Shown here piece after piece: positions 56,697 through 64,000 of a stretch of 64,000 nt of DNA. The number at the start of each line of letters is the position of its first letter. Position 1 is the first letter of the stretch. The notes under the pieces were generated by a model. It ran no database searches. It was given only the letters and a program-made list of their open reading frames with translations, and was not told the DNA's origin. Made by a program: the position numbers and the translations under genes. This DNA is from Octopus vulgaris (taxonomy: Eukaryota). The DNA lies in the NCBI GenBank assembly GCA_951406725.2, contig OX597831.1, positions 16,554,001 through 16,618,000 of the forward strand. Direction: 5' to 3'.

Positions 56697-56698
56697 GA

Positions 56699-56735
<37 letters not shown>

Positions 56736-56737
56736 GA

Positions 56738-56811
<74 letters not shown>

Positions 56812-58029
56812 TTACTACTACTACTAAAATACTAAACCGTATGGATGAAGGTAGCTCCAGGACTACACCTGGTGCATGCCTATTGGAAGAGAGTACAAAT
56901 CTCATTATGTTAACAAAGCAAGTACATAAGTGTATACTAATAAGAAGTGTAACACTGTGGCTATGAAAGAAATTAAAACTACCAAATACAGAAGGATACA
57001 TTTCTAGGAAATTTCGAGTTCATGGCAATTAGTTCTTCGCCACTTCTCTTTCCTAAATAGCTTCCAAACTTTAAAATGTCATATTTTCTCGAGACAATAA
57101 CAGCTTTCACATGACAGGGCATTAGTTTATCTAAAGGTGACCAGCAAAGGAGGTTATTCCGTTGAGTTATCAGATTACAAGTCCCATTCTGTGCCACTTC
57201 CACTGTTGTGGATGAATTCACGTGGCTTTAAATCGCTTTGGAGATTTAAAGTAAATATTTGTAACAGGATATTGAAGCAGGATTTTTTTTGAACAATAAT
57301 CGCCCCTGAATAATATTTTTCAAAAATTGCATTAATAAAAAGATCTTCGTGTAGCTAATTGCCTCTTCTTATATTTCCGCTGAAAACTCATGAGTGTAGA
57401 TGTTTTTCTCTTGCTAGAAGTTTCATAATTTTCTTCAGTTGGAAAAACATAAGAAAAACATAAACGGGAATGGTTGTGTAGGACCTGAGTACTCATCTAT
57501 CACTCGGGTCTTACGCAGCGAATGCGTCTGCCGTTGAAGAGCAGGTCAAGGGTAGAAATTTCAAACAATATTAAACCACTTCCCATATTTTATGATCACC
57601 ACTGGATATATACAATTCGCTAAAATAAATTTTTTAAACTTGTAGAAAATCAACAAGTATGTGTGTGAAACTTGAACACTTAAAAAACATTAAACAGGTT
57701 TTAATATGACTTGGAGACCATTAAGATGAATAAGACATGTTTGCAAATATGTCTGCTATAAATCATATTTATTTGTGTATTTCTTTATTTATCTATTTGT
57801 TTATTTATGTATCCGATGATTGTCAACATATGTTGCAATGCCTTATATATTTCATTTGTAACGAGACAGGTGCATATTAAAAGGTAGCCATTTAAAAAAA
57901 AAACAGCCATGAACAGAAAGTGTACTCTTTGCATCGCTCCTAATTTTCGAAATGTATTACGATATTATTTTCTTATTTTCATGAGGTAGGCACCTGGGAT
58001 GTTGATATGTTTGAATAGTTAAGTTGAAT

Positions 58030-58060
<31 letters not shown>

Positions 58061-59705
58061 TCAGAGACACACGTACATATGTATGTGTTTGTGTGTGTTT
58101 ATCCACCGTCTACAATTTCTAACGTTTTATCTCTATATCCTCTCCTTGATGATAGTTTGGAAGACTGACGAATAAAATGATATACAAATGATATGCGTGT
58201 AACTGTACATGTATATCAATGTATATACATACACGCACATGTACGTGTGTCCCTACCTATGGTGTTGCTTAAGGTGAAGTTATCTAATAAATAAACATCT
58301 GCATATATATATATACACAAATAAATATGCATATACATTAATTTATTCATAAATGTACGCACTATTGTTTGTATGTATGTACTCAACCATCTGAACTACT
58401 GAGTTAACAGCGGAACTGGAGGTATTTCACCAGGAAAATTACATCAGTGGAACAACTGAGCTACTGGGAGAGACTCAAAGACACACGACTCTGGTACGTG
58501 GTGCCACTGCGGGAGAGATATGCAGTGGCATACGTATGGAAGGTTCTCGAAGATGTTGACATCAAACTTTAGCATCGAGAATTATACTCGCCCTAGAATT
58601 GTTCAAAATTTCCCAGCTGTACATATAGTTTAAGCGCTCACGCTATCTGTACACCAAAATTATTGAAAAATGGAATTGATTGTCAAATAATTACAGATAT
58701 AATATAAATGAAAATGAGAAAGTAAGCCAGAAAAGAAAACTTAAACAGAAGAGAAAAGAGAGGACAGCGATGCAGTAAATAAGGATATTTTAGTGTGGAA
58801 ATACATATATGAGATTGATGAAAAGATTTTTGCTAAAACAGAAGACACGTTTAAAAAGCAGTATTATACGATTTATTATTCGAAGGCAAATAAATATGGG
58901 GGAAAGTTGGTAGCGACGAAAATCTGATGGGGGCAAAAGTCCAGTTGCGGAATTAAACTGCAAGAGTAGAAGCTTAACTTAAACCGCTGAGAGTCTTTAA
59001 GAAACGGAAATATGTCATTTGTTTCTAGGAGAACAGAACTTATGTATGCGTTTCCTTATTCAATATCCCCGATTTTTTAAAAATTTGCAAAAATTGATAA
59101 AAGTGATCCAAACGTGATTTGTCTAAGGATTATGTATAAATAAAACATTAAAACATTAAAAAAAACCACAGCAACCAATGTTTCAATCAAATATCATTCC
59201 TTACATTAATCCTGAGTTGCGTCATTTTGTTGTATTGTTTTGTACTGTGGGATTTAGTTTTAAAAGCTAAATATATAAAATGGAGCTTTACTCGCTTCGA
59301 AACTTTCTTCTAATACGCCCGCGTCTGTCTAATTCCTCCTTTCCATTTAATTTCTGCTTATGAACACATATATTAATAAATTCATATGTTGGACATACGC
59401 AGACCTGAAAGTTCGATACTATACACGCGTTTGCAGAAACTTGTCGTTTTCCAAATATTTTACATTTTGCGTCGTGGAAAAGTGCATTTTACTGTTTAAG
59501 CAGTTTGACTCGTGGTTGCACGTTCGACGATTCCCTTCCAGAATCGAGCTCTGTGTTTCGTTTTCAGGAAAGCACTTCGTTTGATTTCATAAACTTCACT
59601 TTATCATCTATAAATAACAATCAGCGAGTGGCTAATGCACTTCCATCACTTTCCGCTAGACATAGACAAGCATAAAAGAAACACACGCATAAATATACCA
59701 TATAC

Positions 59706-59749
<44 letters not shown>

Positions 59750-59945
59750 AAATCATTAATAATTTGAGCAAGTAGTCAGTAAGTTAAAAAAAACGTTTTA
59801 GGTATAATATACAAAACATTCTATAGTTGTATACATAAAAATAAAGGATCAGGTAAGTGCCTCGCCAGGTACTAAATTAGAAATAGATGCTAACGTCTTT
59901 TCAAATACCCCTTATTTTAATTATATATATATTTATATAATATTT

Positions 59946-59981
<36 letters not shown>

Positions 59982-62900
59982 GAGAGAGAGATAGAGGCAG
60001 GTAGACAGATAAAAAAAAGACAGACAGTGAGAGAGGAGAGGGAGAGAGGAAGATAGGCAGACTTCTTTCAGTTTTCATCAACGACATCCACAAGGCTTTG
60101 GTCTGTCCGACGCTATAGTAGAAGACTATGGCACCAGCTGCCATGTACTGAGACTGAACACGGAGCCATGTGCTTTGGAAGCAAGCATCTTACCACACAA
60201 CCACACTGTTAATTATAAATATTGCATTCATCAACAGAAACAATTATTACTTCTAACTTCTGTAGATTCCTTACCAATATCATTTTTGTTCTCGAGAAAC
60301 AATATAGAAATAACTGACTTGTTGGTCCTTGAGTAATTTTATGCGTTTGAGAATTCCCCAGCAGTTAGACTGTGAATGCTTATCGGAATACCAAGCAATC
60401 TTTATTTTCGTGTAAAGTAATCCCGTGAGTTGGAAATTCATGAAAATTGCTTGCTAGTGATGCCAAGATTACGTCAAAGATTTAGATAATTTATTTCCTT
60501 TAATATTTTGGGAAATAAAATTATCAATTTCAAAAATACATTATACATAATAATGCATCGATTGCAATTCTACATTATTGCTACTACGAACATATCCAAA
60601 AATATACATTTTACAGTAAAATATATATGCGGATTTTGCTAAGGATTGTCTCTAGTCTTCTACGACTAAATTATGTTTCTCATACTATGTACCAGAAGTT
60701 ATTGTGGTCTCATTCCATGCTTCATGCTTTTGAATGACGTCTTCATAAAAGACTGATTATGAAACTAAAGTTTACGTTTGTAGTAATAATAATAATTTAG
60801 TTATATTTAAATTCAGTTCCTGTTGTTTTGGGGAAAAATTTTTAGCAATATTAACTATTATATTGAGTGGTTTCGTACAAAGCAGAGAATGCTTTTGAAA
60901 TGACTAAATTTAGGACAGGAATACAACAAGGAACAAAGATCTCACATTAATATTTCCCTCTTAACATTCGAGTGCTCCACAATTAATTATTTTGTTAATT
61001 GGTGCATCCTAGGTTTGAGCAATAGTTTCCTTTCACACATTTCAATGCATTTAAAAACATGTTCAGGACAATCATTTGCACTAACCTCATTGAAACTGAT
61101 AATGTTTTTTTGTTCTTTTTTCTAAAATAATCTCTAGTAACTTAACGGAAAATGGTTAACAATTATGAATACTTCGCTCCATCGAAAGTGTCATCTAGAA
61201 GAGCTAAAGATTTAGCCTGCTTCAGCTCATTTCCTGTTTCATTCACCGTAACCTTTTGAACTAAAACAGAAACTATATCAAGATAGTTTACCAGTTTTAC
61301 GGAATATTTAATGATTAAGTATTAGACTTCTTTCTAATTGCAGTGATTATTGGATTCTTTAGATTCAAAATGACCCCAAAATGATAACTCCTGGTGACCG
61401 AGAAAAATAAATGCATCGATCTATCGCCGCAGAATTGATCTCATTCGTCAAACATCATTATAATGTTCTGCGCTGTTTTATACGCATCTAATCGAAAGTC
61501 TCTGCGCATATTCCCAAATGTTTTCAGGTCTGACAAAAATGTTATGTCTTATTTAAAACATCATGATATTTATCACCCTAGACATTGGTATCGAAACTAA
61601 GTAACATGCATGGCCTGTTGAATAACTGGATTAGCTTAGCTCTTTCAGGTAACCATATTTTGTCCTTTCGTGTAGAAAAGTGATTCCCAAGTTGGGGTCC
61701 GAGGACCCATGGTAGGCTGAAAACCTGGTACGATCGGATTTCGAACTTGGTATGCAATCAGTTGCAATTACTTGTTTCATTTCAACGCATTTTCTTTTTA
61801 TTTTGAAATCATATTTTTAAAGAATACTATAACATACATTTCAGTTATTTGGACAAATATTTCTCCAATTCAAATGATATTTAATGCAGGAAATGTGCGT
61901 ATATATGTATGTGTGTTTATGAGGGTGTGGGTGTGTATTTGTGTGCGTATGTGTATGTTTTTGTGTGTGTGAGTGTGTGTGGATGTGCGCCAATGCATGC
62001 GCGAATTAAATTTGAATGAAACAGAAGATTATATTAATAAATCAACAAACCAAAGACTGATCCTGGTCAAAAGGGAAAATTTTGAACTTTTGCGAGAAGG
62101 TAATGTAACAATAGACATTAAATTTTAAATAGAAAATAAATAACTTCTGTTGGCAATATTTTTCTTCTGCCTGTTTAAATAAGAGAACTGATTAAAGTGA
62201 GTTTTGAAAGGGCTGAAACTGTTTCTATTTCTCGATTCAGCGCTGTATGAGTGAGGTCCAACGGTTAAGTCCATTCAACGCCTTCGTCAATCTTTACCGA
62301 CATCGATTATAGTGAAGAATTATGAGAAAAAGAGGACGGAATAGAGCTAACTGCAATGGTGAAAGTAATGCTATATAGATATGGCATCTGAGGATTGTCT
62401 TCCAAGGTTTTGAATTTATCTTTGATTTATATAAAAATTGCATGACCTGCCAAGCTGGAGCGCAGGCCACTTCAGTGAACATTAGCTTTGGCAGTTAATA
62501 TAAATTTAATTATCTTTAAATGCCAAACTAATACAGTTTATTAAAGTAAAAATTATAACAGAATATTTTGGCTTTACAAATAATTTCAAAAATGTATATA
62601 TATTTAAGAAGTTGTATTTTTTCGTATAAGTACAGCTTCTGTTGCTATTAGTTACATTTTTATATGTATTAGACGAGGTTTCTTGAAGATTCACGCGATA
62701 AAATATAGTTGAAACAATATATATTAATAACATTTCACATAAGAGGTCAAATGTCATGAAATACCTTGTAAGGTTCAAAATTTTTAGTTATGAATAGTAA
62801 AATAAATTATGTAGAAAATATTATTCTAATCTGCTTGAAATCGCACAAAAAATTTTTTGCCATTGCATCCATGTTATTAGATATAATTATCAAAATGTTA

Positions 62901-63185
62901 TTTCTGAATTTCTGAATGCATATTAAGTGAGATCGATATGATTTATATTACATAAGTATAAAGATATTTCGTCTTTTAAAAATTTCCTTGATGAAATACT
63001 TCCCTCTCCTTCATATCTATATGTAAAACTAAGATTGTGTGTGCGTGTGTGTGCGTGTGTGTGCGTGTGTGTCTGTGTGTCTATCTGTCTGTCTATGTGT
63101 GCAAAACACGAACACGAGAACCACCCGACCGATTTTATTCAAGTTTTTCACATGCCAAACTTACGGACCAAGCAGTGTCACGGGC

Positions 63186-63224
<39 letters not shown>

Positions 63225-63445
63225 CATCTGTGTGTATGTGTGTGTGTGTGTATATCTATATATATATATATAGTAATTTATTTATGTACATATATATATT
63301 TAAATATATATATATGTATGTATGCATATTTACGTATATATATATATATGTATGTATGCATATTTACGTATATATGTTTATGTATGTGTGTATTACTTAT
63401 ATTATTTGCATTTGACGGATATTTGTCCTCATCTTCTTTCTTGCA

Positions 63446-63490
63446 AACACAACGATCGGCTGATATAACCTCCAGCCTTCATCAGGTGTC
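63446..63490 (-). ncRNA. Degenerate hammerhead motif
   Basis: ACAC-CUGAUGA-aGGCUG...CAGCC-GAuCGUUGUGU; the GAAA core is mutated. Confidence 0.4.
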
Positions 63491-63574
63491 CTGGTAAAAT
63501 TTGGAACCTGGGTTCTTATTCCGTAAGGTATTTTTCCATGGTGTTGTTGTTATTATTATTATTATTATTATTAT

Positions 63575-64000
63575 TCTATGTTTGACTTTTGCTTTATATT
63601 TGTACAAGTTGGCTCCAAGTCTCACCCAGAGACCTCAAGAGACAACAGGGTTGGAAGTTCATGTTGTTGTTATGCCTAGTGTGCCATATATTTGGGGGGT
63701 GGGGGGTTTGTACTAATGAATGTCTAAAAAATTTTTTTTTTTTCTTTTTTTTAAACCGAAAATTATGTTTGTTTTAAACTTGAGATTACATAGAAAGTAT
63801 TTTGCGTAGGATATGAGCAGTTCCCATGAGCACTATCTTTTGAATTTCTGCCATTTTTGGGTTTCCTGGTATCTGAGTTAGGTAGCTATCTGCTCCTTTT
63901 GCTATCATTCCCAACCTATGACAACAGGTATTGTTTTAGTCTTCAGCTTCCACATTTTGCTGATTTCTATTTCAAGATCTTTATATTTGCTCAGGTTTTG
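63575..64000 (-). mobile_element. R4/Dong-like 3' end fragment ending at (TAA)n
   Basis: Minus strand reads KYKDLEIEISKMWKLKTKTIPVVIG...VLMGTAHILRKIL. Confidence 0.7.

Noticed and set aside
56517-56966. Mucin-like Thr-rich 149-aa ORF
   Set aside because: (ACT)n microsatellite, no signal peptide or splice support
60440-60460. ATGAAAATTGC resembling a fourth exon 1
   Set aside because: Stop codon after five codons, no hydrophobic core, no donor and no conserved upstream block
62294-62482. 62-aa minus-strand ORF in unique sequence
   Set aside because: No recognisable motif or consistent splice context

Overview
AT-rich, microsatellite-saturated eukaryotic DNA. The SINE families and repeat landscape suggest an octopus (coleoid cephalopod) genome, which is an inference. 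Most ORFs in the supplied track are microsatellite artefacts. The main content, invisible in that track, is a tandem cluster of three paralogous + strand genes built from very small exons: gene A (partial, 1-10603), gene B (13906-~36032) and gene C (37805-55229). They encode ~105-111 aa proteins with a signal peptide and an invariant 6-Cys scaffold (C-x7-C-x16-C-x8-C-x7-C-x11-C). Genes A and C end in a GPI-anchor-like C-terminus. Coding exons of B and C are much more diverged than their introns: 38 of 61 codons change amino acid, and the 23 conserved codons show no synonymous change. This points to strong diversifying selection. Gene B appears to have lost the anchor exon. The introns hold a near full-length APE-RT LINE, Gypsy, R4/Dong and Penelope relics, a Helitron and SINEs, and a mariner relic lies between genes A and B. 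Many minimal hammerhead ribozymes also occur, including a canonical one in a ~353-nt retrozyme-like partial tandem repeat and several in inverted-repeat foldbacks.
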